DNA of 61,972 nucleotides, filler included, from Circinaria calcarea (taxonomy: Eukaryota): assembly GCA_051942165.1 (NCBI GenBank). It is 5 parts of 5 records of this genome, joined end to end, with 100 filler letters (N's around TTAATTAATTAA, not from the genome) between each part and the next. Parts side by side here need not be neighbours in the genome. Positions count along the whole stretch, not along the records: positions 24,859 to 37,168 come from JAVECS010000583.1; positions 37,269 to 49,575 come from JAVECS010000584.1; 3 more parts are not named here. One strand, given 5' to 3'. The translations under genes were made by a program, and so were the position numbers. How positions within the stretch are numbered: position 1 is the first letter of the stretch; each line of letters starts with the position of its first letter. The notes beneath the pieces are model-generated. The model was not told the DNA's origin, made no database searches, and saw nothing but the letters and a program-made list of their open reading frames with translations. Below, in pieces: positions 33,074 through 46,300 of this stretch.

Positions 33074-34801
33074 ATGAGACCTCTCACCTCCACTACGTTT
33101 CCCGCAGACTGCGGGCGCAGGCTGTTGCCAACCCTTATCGATGAAACCTCCATATTAGATCCTGAAAAGCCTTTCATAAGCATTGCAAAAACGGCGGATC
33201 CCAAGGCTGGATTTGAAGACATTACTTTCGGTCAACTTGCACAGGCAATCAATCGGTGTGCGTGGTGGATAGAGGACAGGCTTGGTCGCAGTCAAGACTT
33301 CTAGACTATCTTCACATATCTGGAGCCGCAGGACCTCCGGCACGCGATCCTGGTTCTGGCGGCGGTGAAGACGGGCTACAAGGTAAGCTCGGCTATCGAT
33401 TTTCCAAGGAAACCGTTGTCCGTTTTTCGCTTATTACGAGGCACGGTGTGTTAGATGTTCTTCAGTTCTCCCAGCAATACGGTTGATGGCCACATTTGTC
33501 TTTTGGAAAAGCTGGCGTGCGTTATTTTCCTGACGCCTCAGCCGGAAGATGTGTCTTCGGTTCCGCAAAAGATTTTGGCCAAAAGGTCGATGCGGACACT
33601 TCCACTGCCAAACCTGAACGATTGGCTTCAGGATTCCGATGTTGCAACCTACCCGTATCGAAAGACGTACCTTGAAGCAAGTCATGACCCGTTTGTTGTG
33701 CTGCATTCGTCGGGGTCGACTGGAATCCCCAAAGTGCTGGTCTTGGCGCACGGCACAGTGACCCCTGTTGATTCATATCAAATGATTTCATCTCTTGGAG
33801 GTAGCCCCTGGCAATCCTGTTACTGGAGAGGGAAGAGAGTCTTTACATCTTTCCCCTGGTTTCACGCTGCAGGCATCATGTTCCTTCTCCCAACCGCTAT
33901 CTTCAACGAGTTCATTCCTGTAATTGCACCATCCGTGCCCAAGATCAACGCAGAGATTGCAAACAGTGTACACCTCTACGGCAATGTCGAAGCGAGTCTG
34001 TTTCCCCCGAGTATTCTAGTTGACATCTCCACAAACCCGGAATATCTTGAAAACCTCCGGTCTTTGGAATTAGTTTCTTATACTGGGGGACCGTTGTCGT
34101 ACAGCACTGGTCAGCTCATTTCAGCAAAAACCCACCTGAATTCTGGCTTTGGCTCGACTGAAACTGGGTACTTACCTACAGAAACATCCGCACCTGAAGA
34201 TTGGCAGTACGTAAAGTTCAGCTCGCAGCTAGGCCATCAGTTTCATGACTTTGGCGACAATCTCTTCGAGCTGATAATCACCCGCGACAAAGCGCTAGAG
34301 CCGTTCCAAGGAATATTCTTCACGTTCCCGGACTTGTAAGAATACTCCATGAAAGATCTCTATGTTAGCCATCCCGCCAAGGAAGGATTGTGGCGCCACG
34401 TGGGGAGAACAGATGATGTGATTGTTTTTTTGGATGCCAGAAAGCTGAATCCTGCCAGCATGGAAGCTGCAATTGGGTTGCATCCTTCAATTGGCGTTGC
34501 CATCATCTGCGGGCATGCTAGACCGCAACCTGCAGTGTTGATCGAGCCCCTCATACCCGTAGCAACTCGAGATGAAAGGGAGCGTTTCCTGTCTGAGATT
34601 TGGCCTACGCTTGAGCAAGTAGTGCTCGATGGCCCTGCTAGCGGGAAAATTGTCAAAGACCTCATTATTTTGACTACTCCCGAAAAGCCCATCTTGCGAG
34701 CTGGAGGGAAAGGTACAGTTCTAAGGAAAAGAAGCGTCGATATATATCAGGCTGAGCTTGACCATGCTTATGCTGCCCTTCTAAAAACAAGCTTTTTGTA
34801 A
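33074..34801 (+). pseudogene. NRPS-like (A-T-R carboxylic-acid-reductase type) gene: only the adenylation domain remains, two in-frame stops
   Basis: GRRLLP, LHSSGSTGIPK, YTGG, FGSTETG, VGRTDDVI, GKGTVLRK; TAG 33302-33304, TAA 34337-34339; intron 33383-33454; ORF ends inside the repeat at 34797. Confidence 0.88.
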
Positions 34802-34995
34802 GAATCCTTTACGAATAAGGGTCGGTAAACTATATAATAATGTGCTCAATTGGTTCGCATAGCGTGTGAATTATTACGAAAGAATTCTAACATAACGCTT
34901 GGCGAGAAACCTTCCTCGCTAAACTAGTACCTCATAACCATGGTGAATAATTCACGCGTAGGGTTCGTAAGGGTTCTCTAATGGAAACTCTTATA
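34797..34995 (-). mobile_element. 220-bp repeat family, copy 3 (more diverged, small internal deletion)
   Basis: tgtaagaatcctttacgaata...ggtcggtaaact...ttcgcatagcgt...cgtagggttcgta...ctcttata aligns with 26044-26263. Confidence 0.8.
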
Positions 34996-35677
34996 CTGTG
35001 AGGCCGTAGAGTACTTTACTCGAAAGGTATCTATGGCTAAAGTATGTGGTAATGTGAGGCACGAGCAATACGATGGCAATACGCAGTGTATTCAAGAACT
35101 AACCGTTAAGGAGGAAAACTATATACGTGAGAGGTTTTTCACCATACGCCAAGACGCCAAGACGCCAATTAAGCGAGGTTTCGCCACCCCCTAAGCCTTA
35201 GAGCATGACAAAACGATCGCGCGCACTTGGTTATTATGAGGCCTGATATATCTCAAATTAAATACCGGTCTAGGAGCTCTGTGTTACCCCGAGAGATATC
35301 TTTCTGTGCTGCTTGAAATAATTAATTAGTTATTAGTTAATGATGAGTGAATGAAGAATCTAGATGCACCTTGAGAACAAGGCTGTCTCCATATGCTGAG
35401 TCAGTAAGCGCTTGGGCTACTTAATATTGCGATGTGCTTTTGCTGAATTGCCGCAAAACTAGTCCAATAAGAACTTTCCTATCATGCACGCGACTGGATG
35501 TTGGCGGTGGCGGCGCAAGCAAAGCGCCATTCGCACGTTTCTGATGGGGGGCTGTGTTAGCCCCCGCATCGCCACCGAGCGGGCGCTAGAGCAGGCAGGG
35601 CATACCGATGCTACCCCTGACTCTCTTAAAGCAGAAATTCCTATCTCGTCGCACTCGGTCATACCTGAGACCCAAAA

Positions 35678-37168
35678 ATGGCCGCTCCTGATGATGCGAT
35701 CAAAGTAGCCTTCGAGAATGCCGTCCGTGACTTCAAGGCCACGCTGGGGGACCAGAAGCTCTTGGGAGATATTTTAAAGACGAAATCCATCGAGGAGGTA
35801 TACGATGCCACCGACGCAATCCAGAAAGAGCAGGCGGAAAAGGGGCATCTTCGCCACTTGGCCAAGATCCAGCGTTTTCTCGAAGGTCTCAGAAGCTATG
35901 CTCAGGTGATAGAGGTTTTTATCCAGGCAAAACAGGATGTTTTGGCTCTGATCTGGGGTCCTATAAAGCTCCTCCTGCATTGGACTCACAATATGAAGAC
36001 TTCGTTCGATGCCGTCGTCGATGCACTCGCGGATATCGGTCTCCTGCTACCAGAATTTCAAGGAGTCACCAAGCTCTTCGGCCACAATGAGCTCATCAAA
36101 GATGTACTGGTTCTCTTTTTCCGGGATATCTTGGATTTCTATCTCATTGTCCTGAAGTTCTTCCGCAGAACATGTGAGTTTGCCTCAGAGCTTCGACATA
36201 TAACCAGAAAACTAATATATAGCTTCCTAAGACTGGAGAGTGATTTTCGAATCGATGTGGACAAAGCAACGAGAAAAGATTGATCTTGTAAGGGATCAAA
36301 TCAACCGGCATAAACTGCTCTTGAGACGCGAAGTCCGCTTAGAGCATCTTCAGGAGGAGCACAATGCTCAGTTGCAAGCTCTAGCGCACTATGAAAAGGC
36401 TGAGAAATCTTCCCGGCGGCTGGAGTACCAGTCTCTGAAGACCGACATCTCTCCGAGAACTTATGAAGATAAGTTGGATTCATTTCATGCCCGTATCTGT
36501 CAAGGAACGGGCCGATGGTTGTTGAGAGATAAAACATTTGCTAAATGGCTAGATAAGGCAGACGCGTCCATGAATATTTTATGGCTGTAAGGGATACCCG
36601 GAGTAGGTGCGTGTAAAATTATTTCGAGTGAGTTCTTTCTTAGTGAAAGTAATGGCTAACGAAACGGTTAGGAAAATCATTTCTATCAAGCACAGTTGTG
36701 CATAGAGCAAAGGAAGTCCAGCAGACGCGAACCATCTATACCTTCCTCAGTTATACTTTCCGTAGCAGCTTAACAGCACTATCGATTCTCCATTCACTGA
36801 TTTTTCAGCTAGTATTGGGTGATGACAACTTACAGGATGTGCTGTGTCAATCGGACGTCGAAAACCTGAAGAGCAGTTTCGACGGAGCTGCCAATCTCCT
36901 AAAGACCCTTCTCAATTGTGCCGGACCAACTTACATCGTGATTGACGGCATTGATGAAATCGACGAGAGAGAACGTTGTCGACTCTTGAAACTGCTTCTC
37001 GAGGTGCCCAACGCTCATCAGGAGGCGAAGATCCTCTTGAGCAGCCGAGCCGAAGCGGATATTGCGGGCTTACTCAAAGATCAAGAATTTATTCGTGTGG
37101 ATAATCGAAACTCTGGAAGCATTCAGACGTTCGTGACGCAGCGCACTGAAGAGTGGTTTAGTCAATAC
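35678..37168 (+). pseudogene. NACHT-domain (NLR-like) gene with helical N-terminal domain; in-frame stop just before the P-loop; 3' end off-contig
   Basis: ALIWGPIKLLL, ICQGTGRWLL...F.KWL, ILWL*GIPGVG|KS (Walker A, TAA 36588-36590), YIVIDGIDE (Walker B), KILLSSR. Confidence 0.85.
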
Positions 37169-37268
37169 NNNNNNNNNNNNNNNNNNNNNNNNNNNNNNNN
37201 NNNNNNNNNNNNTTAATTAATTAANNNNNNNNNNNNNNNNNNNNNNNNNNNNNNNNNNNNNNNNNNNN
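37169..37268. other. Artificial contig spacer
   Basis: N44-TTAATTAATTAA-N44. Confidence 0.99.
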
Positions 37269-38419
37269 ACCATGAGAACGCCAAACATCTTCGCCACCAG
37301 CCATCGGTTCCCAGAGACCCTTGACCAGTATTTCATCAATTCCCGCTGTGCTCCCTGAACATTATCTACAACATCTTCTGTGTTGGCGTCTATTCGTTGA
37401 ATCATCTCACTGGGCAATTGTCAGTGATACCCTCTCCTTATCCCTCCCCCGCTCCACTTACCTCTGCTCCGAGACCATGCTTGCCAATTGCCCAAAGATA
37501 CCACCAAGCTCATTGATTGTCCTTTCTATAGCTTCAATAGCTTGGCCGCGCTCGTTAATGTACGTATTTTGTGGCTGGCCCTCCTCCATTATTAGTAGTT
37601 GCTGATCTGAATTAGGGTTCCTGATAAATGACGTAGTGGACGAAGGATCTAGATCAAGGATGTCGGGGTTCGTATTTTGGTAACCAGGGGAAGGTGTCGG
37701 CGATTTCGTTGGAGTGTTGTATAACGGAGAAGCAGATTGATGCGGATCCAGCGTCAGCTGAGACTGTGCCGAGACAGATGACACGAAGTTTTCTGTTCGC
37801 GAACGAGAGGCTTGAATGTTTTTGGTGCGGACCTCGAGGACCTCCTTGAAGTTGGAGGATACATCGGCAAGTTTGCCTTGAAGTAATACAACCACCTGAC
37901 AGAGTTAGCTTTCCAGCTATTAGCCCGTATCGGTACGGGCACGTACATTTTTGTTATGCTCTCCTTCCTGGTCAACGTTGGTACTTCGCGACACCTGGGC
38001 ATGTTGTGATTTGGATAATGATTGGAGGGAGGATATTTGTGAGTTCAGGGCGGAGAGGTCTTGTTTGATAACGTAGGTTAATTCGCCAATCTCTTGGGGT
38101 CGGTCATCGAACAGAGTCTTCCTTCTAGCAACTAGTAGACTTAGGACAGATCCGTGGCAAGGACGGGGAGAACCGTACGTTGCGCCAGTCTTTCCAGCTT
38201 CTCCATCGTTCGAGTTATCCCTCGACCGATTTCCGCCGCCCTCCTTGCAAATTCCGATCTCGCCCCTTTCTTCGTCTCCCCATTTCCATTAGCAGCGCGT
38301 TTTTGAGATTCGGTGACTAAAGGTCTCTGGGCGCCCTTTATGGCTGCCTGTCTCTTTTGCGCCTGGGCCAGCACTGCGCGAAATTCGGCGGTGCGGTCTT
38401 GAACGGAGGCTGTGACCAT
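37269..38419 (-). CDS. SED5: cis-Golgi t-SNARE syntaxin 5, multi-exon, 3' end cut by contig edge
   Basis: N-peptide QDRTAEF, RSEFARRAAEIGRGI, KTLFDDRP.EI, SNARE domain AIEAIERTINELGGIFGQLASMVSEQ, IQRIDANTEDVVDNV, NRWLVAKMFGVL. Confidence 0.95.
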
Positions 38420-40362
38420 TGTAGATTTTCATGCCATTGGGACAAGGTGAAGGTATGAAGGTGCGATGTGTAGAGGGTGAGGCATCTGTCGTCGAGGTTA
38501 CAATTGAAGGGAACTGTGCATAAAGAAAGTTGTCCTGGATGGGACAGGGGTCTAACACCGAATTCAACAGCGGCGTCGGCATATCTACCATACTCCGTAC
38601 GGAGTAATCGGGGTCCTTTCGGTCCGACCTTACCATCAGCGCTAACTTTCTCTCGCCTGCAAGTGAAGAACATGCATGTATCAAGATATCTGAGAACTGC
38701 AGACCGAACCCCACCCCCATCAGTATGCTCTACTAGTGGCCGGTTGCTAATGGAGCATATTTCAGATAGGACTGTAGTTGCATATGAATTCGTGCTGTAT
38801 CAGAAATGCCAAGAGCTAGCTCCAGTAACTATCTTGCGCTCAAAATTGCTCCTTGGCAAACTATCTTTTCCAGTGCTGTGATAGCTCTCGAAGCCTCAGC
38901 AAGTCAAAGTTGATCTATAGAAATCTCGTCCCCGCTTATCGACCTCAGCTACGTGTCCTACGTACATCAGGTATTCTTATAAACATCCCTTTTCTTATCG
39001 ATGTAAACTTAGTCATGACACCAACCCTAGCCAGAAAGGTAAACCTTCTCCCCTCCGAGCTCTACCACTTACTACCTCGATGATGTCCTGCATTACCTGA
39101 ATTCCATCTCAGCTGTCTCTTCGCCCTGTTCCTCCACGATAGCCTGAGAAGAAATGGATTGGGCTGACCACGTTTGGCGATCGGGGTCCGCCACCTGCTT
39201 TCTTCAGGGCAGTCATCACAGGCTTGACTTTTCCGAGCTCGGCATGTTCCCAAACCACGGTGGTGATACATTGACCCCTTTTCCCCATTTGAGCTTCTTA
39301 AGTTCTGCCTTGCTGTAACCAAGTACCTTTTCAAATTCCCCTGGAGCTATGTATAGGGTTATTGTAAGATAAAAGCCTAAAAAGATTAAGAAAGTCGTTC
39401 ATTTGAACGTGGGCATGTCTTTGATTTTGCTCACATTGTGGCATGATTGAGGACAGTTGAGGACTCATCCCAAGTAATAGACAACCGGTTGAAATAGGCT
39501 GTTCAAATGAATCCTGAAAGCTAATCTTCACCCTTTGGAGAGTTGAGACAATTTTCTCCGGCTGTATTGGGATTGGCTTTAGTACCACCGAGTTCTTTGT
39601 GGACAATGGCCATGCTTTCACAGAGAAAGTCCTCCTAGTCTGGTAAATAAAATTTTCGGCATCCTACAAGTCGATAGCAAGATATTCACTCCGACTACCA
39701 TAATCCTAATCATAGCAACTTCAAGTGTGAGCTAAAGATGAGAAAGCGCGAGACATAGCAAAAGAGTTGAACGCTGCCGCCCCGTAAATTTAGAGTATAT
39801 AATTCCAGTCTCACTCGGAACATGGTACATGTGCCTCCTTATTTAAGTACAGATGATAGCAAACTTCGGTAGACTTCACTGGGTGTCTATTGATTGATCC
39901 ACTTTTGCTGACTTCTCCGAGCCGTGGCTGTGCTGTGGCGGTTACGGTATAGACCAGAATATCCCTGTTTCTATCTCGAGAGGGGCTGAATTAGCTACGA
40001 TCGCTGTCGAATGCTGTCCCATTTGGCCTAATCCCTCCTTTTCTTTGGCTACCATATTCGATAATCTATCACCTCCTTAGCCTAAAGACTATTGTGGACA
40101 CTGATACAGCGTTCATTGGCTGATCTTCGGTGTTACTGAGCCTGTCATCATTGTTGCGCACAGTCCTACGCGACAGCCAGTTCCCCACCACATCCAACCC
40201 CTTGGGCGACTGGATGAGTCTGGGGCTAGCGGAGGAGTCGTGAACTCTCATCGATGAATTGGGTGTTGTCTGTCTACTGGGCTGGGTCAGGAGATATCTT
40301 ACTATAAAGAGGTGGTGGGAAAGGACTGAGTTGGGGAAGCAGTCGTCCAGAAAAGGGCAATC

Positions 40363-43300
40363 ATGTCGCGCCCATACCAGCACAACCCGCTGGCGAACCA
40401 ATATCCTGCGTGGGCACTCTCTATGCTACATGCCCTACTAAACTTGCTTACCATCTATAGCAATCATCAAGCTGCACACCTATCATCCAGGCCCATCGCA
40501 TCCACACAGCCCGATGGAACCCCCACTTCCTACAAGACCAACGTCAACCGAGCAAAGACTCAGAGATGGGTGGAAGCAAAATCATATTCTTATGACGGTG
40601 ATGACTGGGGTGACGCCGACGACTACGAGGAATATGGAGGATATGATGAACCAGTACAAGCCAAACCCACCGGCCTAAGGCAGCAAGGGCAATCGGTATC
40701 CTCAGGGAATGCAAGTAGGTATAATGCTGTGAATAGATCCAACTCCTTTGATCAAGGAGATGAAGGACAGGCGTTCTCGGCTGGCGGGCCGCAGCAATAT
40801 GGTAACCCGGATGCATACGACCGCGAGCAGAATCAGGCAGTCCAACCACAAAGAGTCACACAATATGTGAATGAGCAATCCCAACAACAGCAACCTTATC
40901 CATCTAAGCCATCTGAGGGTAGTGTACAAAGCATGGAAACCATGGAAAGCCAGATGGCAGCCGGACACACGTATCCCCCGCCCGCCAACTATCGAGGAGT
41001 CTCATATCCGGACCAACCACGACAACCAGGCAACGGTAGCAGATCGCAGTCGATTACTAGTAACACTTCTTCGTTGGATTTTCATGGGAGGCGGGATTTC
41101 ACTCCTTCTGCGGTGCCTCCGCCACTTCATACCCGGGCATCCCCCGCACCTCGAGATTCAAGTGAATTCATCCCTCCGCCACGTAAGAGCAGCTTGAGTC
41201 AACCAAAACTACGGCATATGCCAACGTCAAACGACAACGCCCCAATCGCACACGGTCAAGCCCTTTATACCAAAGATACCGCGACTTCGCCAACCAGGGA
41301 CCTTGAAGAAAGCAGCCCTTCCAAAGCACTACCGTTCGTGCGTCCGGCGGACATCTACCGACGTATGCAGGAGGAGCGTGAGAAGGAGAGGAAATCGCAA
41401 GATTCGTCTAGGCCAAGTACGAACGCAGTCATGATTGAGCAAACGCCAGTTCCGGATAGTAAAGGTACTTCTGATGGAGACAGCTCAAGGGAAGACAGTT
41501 CAAGGGCACTACCACTTGGGCCAAGGGCAAGTTTCGAAACGGATAACAGTGACCTTGGCACTCGTCGACTCGACCCATCCCTTCAGCCGGTTGCTGAACG
41601 CAAAGGTGAATATGGAATGGAGAGTGTGACTGGTGGACCTGTTCTGCCCGATGTCACTCGCATATCAGGCTTTGGCGAATCTTTCCTCAACACCATGGGA
41701 AACGACGTCATTGAACCTCATGGCTCTGATCTTCCCAGCATCAACGGACCCCAGGCTTCGATCGTGCCTATACATCAGAATACAGAAGACCCGAGTTTAC
41801 GAAATCAACCTTCGCTTGGGTTTCGTTCGGTGGTGCATCAAGCATTCGATACACCGAACGATCAGATACCCCAGACCCCATCATCGCTATCAGGATCGGC
41901 TGTCGTGCGCAGCAACAGCGAAAGTACAAACGGAATCAGCCCTATAATCAGCAGGGCACCGAGTACCACGAGCGCAGAAGTTAGAGCAAGAGAAGCGGAG
42001 GCTCGGGAAGCAAATATTCCTAGAATTGCAGAGGAGCCTAGTGAAGCGGTGTCAAGACCGACCTCATCAAACACACCAGGCACACCAAAGTCCGTCACAC
42101 GCAAAGCCCATCTATCAGAGTCTCCTCGTCACGCCTCAACTGCTTCTGCGCCAAAATCGTTCATACCTGGTCATCGTCGTGATATTAGCACGCCGAGTCC
42201 TGATAATAGTCCAGCGCGAACTCCAGCCTTAGAAGCTAATTCCCAACTGCGACAACCAGAAGAGGCCGAGCTCGCTGTAACAACACCGATCGAACGAAAT
42301 ATGCCAGCAAGCAGTTTTCCAAGAGATGCAGTCTCCTTTGATGGCCAACAGCCCTCAAGATCCAACGATATTTACCGCGATGGTCAACCTCCTCCGGCAA
42401 AAAGTTCAAGCCCAGTTAACAAGTCATCGACACCTGTGCGAATTCCCGATAGAATCGATGTCGTTCTAAATGCAACACAGGAGCCAGCGTCTAGTTCGCG
42501 GACTTTCAATCAACTGGGCTCTCCGGTTACTTTCGATTCCCCGACTGGTCGTGCAGAATCACCATCCAAAAGTAAAGTTCGTGATCTGGCTGGGAAGTTC
42601 GAAGGTGTAGCTGTCAGTAGGCATGGATCAGAGCAGTCTCTACCTTTCCCGATCAGTATGTCAGGCTCGCCACCAAAGTTGGAGGATCCTTTTATATCAC
42701 GGCCGGGGAACGACCGTATGCAAAGCTTCCGTCCCCATCTACCGGGTGGCTGGGAATCCTATGCTTCAACTGCACCAGTGAAGCAAGGCTTTCCTAAAAT
42801 AAATGAAGAGATAACATCTACGAAAAATCTGACGAGAAGCGACGGTGCCAAGCTTGAAAGCCCTGACTTGAGTCACATGCCAAACGAAGATATCGATATC
42901 ACACCAACTACAGTCAAGCGAACTCTGTCCAAATCACACCAAGGAGAGGAGTCGGAGAATCCGTTCTCGGCCGTTGCTACAGCTGGGTCGGCACTGGCAG
43001 GGGCTCTGGTTGCTGCCATGGGTATGAACCAAGATGAACCAGCTACTCCGTCCGAAGACTTCAATAGACCTCGAGGACGCAGCGCCTCTTCCAAAGATAC
43101 AGAAGTTCATCCTGAAGCGTCTAGACCTTGGGTTGCCCCGTTTGACGATTCCACTTCAAGCGTTGAACCAACGCCACTTGCCAAAGACACACCTCAGTCT
43201 TTGGGCCAGTCGCCGACATCGAACCCTGACTATTTTCCACCAGTCATACCGCTAAGGGCGAAACCACGCAATATCATGACACAAGGAGATGATTCTGCTC

Positions 43301-46300
43301 GGCCAATCCGCCCACAGTTCTTGCCAAGCTTAAGTACCGACCCCAGTCCTCAAGACTACGAGAGTGATCGATTACGGAAAGAGATTGTTAGGGAGCTGAG
43401 TCCACACGCGGAACATTTCGAAGATGACCAAATCTATAATACCAGTGCTTCTCAAGCTAGTGCTCCAAGACTTTCCGTAAACCCAACTATCAGGGGGCAT
43501 GGTCACGACAGTATAGCTCTTCCTAGTGAGTACGAAAGCTATTGGAATGGATCCACGAGTGGAGATGAGTCAAGTCGCCCGATAAGTGAACAAGTAGTCG
43601 ATTCTTCTATTGGTACTCAGGTGCCTGGACCTCCAATTAAAAATTCAAAGATGGCTGGACAAATCTCTAACGAAATAGAGCCTACCTCCGGCTCCTCGAA
43701 CCACTTAGAAGTTCGTCCCACCGCTCTGGTACACAGATTTTCGTGGGAGCCAGAGCCTGAGGAAATCAATACTCCACAGCAACCCACTTCACTCCAGGCT
43801 ACAGAAGACACGTTAAGCGAGTATCAATCACAAGTCGTGTCGGAGACTCCACTAAACCCGGTCATCGATTCACCTAATCACAACGAAAATTTACCTATAA
43901 AATCTAGTCAAGCGCTCGGTGTATCTTCCGTTGAAGAAGCTCTTTATGGTCCTCTTCCACCTGCCCCAATTGAAGAAGCAATCCGAAGGCCCGTCTCACA
44001 ACATTCTGAAACAAGACCGCACTCTAGTAGGTCAGCAACGCCTGGAGGAAATGGTCATCTACCTGCCGAAGATCGATATAATATCTGGCCTTCAGCACAT
44101 CAAGAGAATGATCAAATTCAGGGTAACATTACCATTGACAATCCCAATGATAGTACGGAGTTGCCCCTCCAGCCTCTCTCACAAACTATACAGACCAAGA
44201 TACCCGCTTTCCGCGAGATTCTGGCTTTGGGAACCCCCCAAGAGAGAATTCAGGCATACAATGCTACCCGCGAGCAATTTGCAAACATGAATACTGGCTT
44301 GGAAAACTGGATTACGGCGACAGTCAACGATCTTCCAGAACATGCTGCGCTTATCAATAACGGGGGTCAATTTGTAGCTAGCGCATATGGTCACAAACCC
44401 TCTTCATCCAGAGGCAAGCTAGCAGGCATTCGATTGTCAAGTTTGCAACCTCTTCAGCAGCCGTATTACCAGCAGTATCTCAACGCAAGTTCCCAGCCTC
44501 CAAGTTCTAGTCCTGCCGCGGGGGCCCCGACAACCCCAGGCCACGTGTCCAATCACCCTCATTCTGGGGGTAGCGGCGGTAAACTATCGAGTCATCAAGT
44601 ACAAGCGAAAGGCAAGGATCTGCTTCAAAGTGCTGGGAAGTTTGGTGGAAAGGCCAATGTGGCGGCGAAGGGTTTGTTTTCGAAGGGCAAGAACAAATTC
44701 AGGAGTGCGGGAGGTGGTGATAAGGTAGATTCCTAATTCCATACCAGCTGAGATTCCCCGTTTGAGTTTACAACATTTTTTCCCTGCTGTTGGGCGGATG
44801 GTGGATATGTATTAGCTGGTAGCGATGTATATGTATCCAAATGTCAGGGTCTCGGCGTTTACCGATCTATCATATTTTCTAGATGCGTAAGAAATCAAAT
44901 GTCTTTGAGAATACATACAAACTATGGTGATTGATACTTTGGTGCAACGCAGACTTCAATATCCTCATCCTCTAATCCCGATGCATCTCACCGAGGAATG
45001 CGAGCAACGTCACAGGGTCCGCCACAAGTCGAATTCGAGAGCCAGCGTGCGTCTCGGCCTATACAACCCGAACCAACGCACCATGAAAGTGTTCCAAATC
45101 TGCAATCTGTTTCTTCCAGCCGTCTTAGCGGTTATCTCCCTCAGAGTCGTCCAGTATCGTCTATGATCCCGGACGATCAAGCCGCTGCAATACAGGACAA
45201 GAGCAATCCGCTACCACCTTTACCTTTGGATGAAGTTCAGGATTCTCCGAGACCTAGTGCAGCAAATACGCGGCCAAGGTCTCTTGGTCAGTCTAATATC
45301 ATCCTTAACGACACTGAATTTGGTCGGTCCTTGCTAGCACATGAACCGGAACCAGCCGTGATTGGAGATAGCCCTCCAATATTTCTCAAGGAGACCCCCT
45401 CGGCAGAGTCTTATGTCGGGACAGCTAGAACACAGTGCCTTTTATCAGCTTCTGGTAGTAATCGGACACCTAATCAATCGAGCTTCGGGAGGAGTCAATG
45501 GCTGAGTGAGATTATGCCTCCAAGAAGCTCTACAGAGCCTCCCATTCCACAAACTTCAGGGCTACCAGAGGCCATCTATGGAACAAAGTCTTTGCCAGAA
45601 ACTCTTACAAACATCCGACGAGCCATGGGGGAGGATTTAGGGACGGCATCCGAATCCCCGGGCGAATCATTCCCAACTCATAGCAGTGAAAAGAATCTGA
45701 ATCAAGTATATAGAGAAGAAGCTTCGCAAAGTCAGACGAGAGGCGATTATACTTCTGCGAATAGAGCAACTTCGCCCAGACTATCTGAGGATTCAGAAGG
45801 CACGTACCAAACTGCCGATAGCGGCCAAGACCCAATTCTACAAGGTACGGAACCAAGCACTCCAAAGGCGCCCAACGCACCAGTGCAATTAGTACCTGCA
45901 TCTAGCTCTTCCACTCAAGATGTCAGTCCATTGAAACACATGCCACAACGAAGAAGTGATACTTTCAATCGACATTCTACTCAGTACCAGCTTCGACCTT
46001 TCTCTTTCACAGAACACAACAAAACACCTCCCGTTGAGCAATCTGAACATCGCTCTTATCGGGGTCCTAGTCTTGATAATACTTCTATCATAACTTCTCG
46101 AGACCGCCCGCCTTCACCAGTCTCGCCACAGCGGCCAGACTTCGTTCAAGCAAGCCAAACGGCACCAGTAAATTATGATACCAATCACGGTTTTCGACCT
46201 GAGAGTACTCAAGAATTTACAACAGGACCCAGACCTGGGTCCTTTTCCAGGCCTTTCCAGGATCCTAACCTCCACGACCATCCGGCTTTTAGACAACAGA

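Noticed and set aside
14067..36590. Alternative genetic code (TAA/TAG = Gln)
   Set aside because: Conserved genes end at their expected positions with TAA/TAG (RPS29, GCD2, BSD2) and have no internal stops; RIP-like mutation is simpler.
33302..36590. A-to-I editing that repairs premature stops to Trp
   Set aside because: Contexts fit Gln/Glu, not Trp, and the same genes carry other lesions (MITE, truncation).
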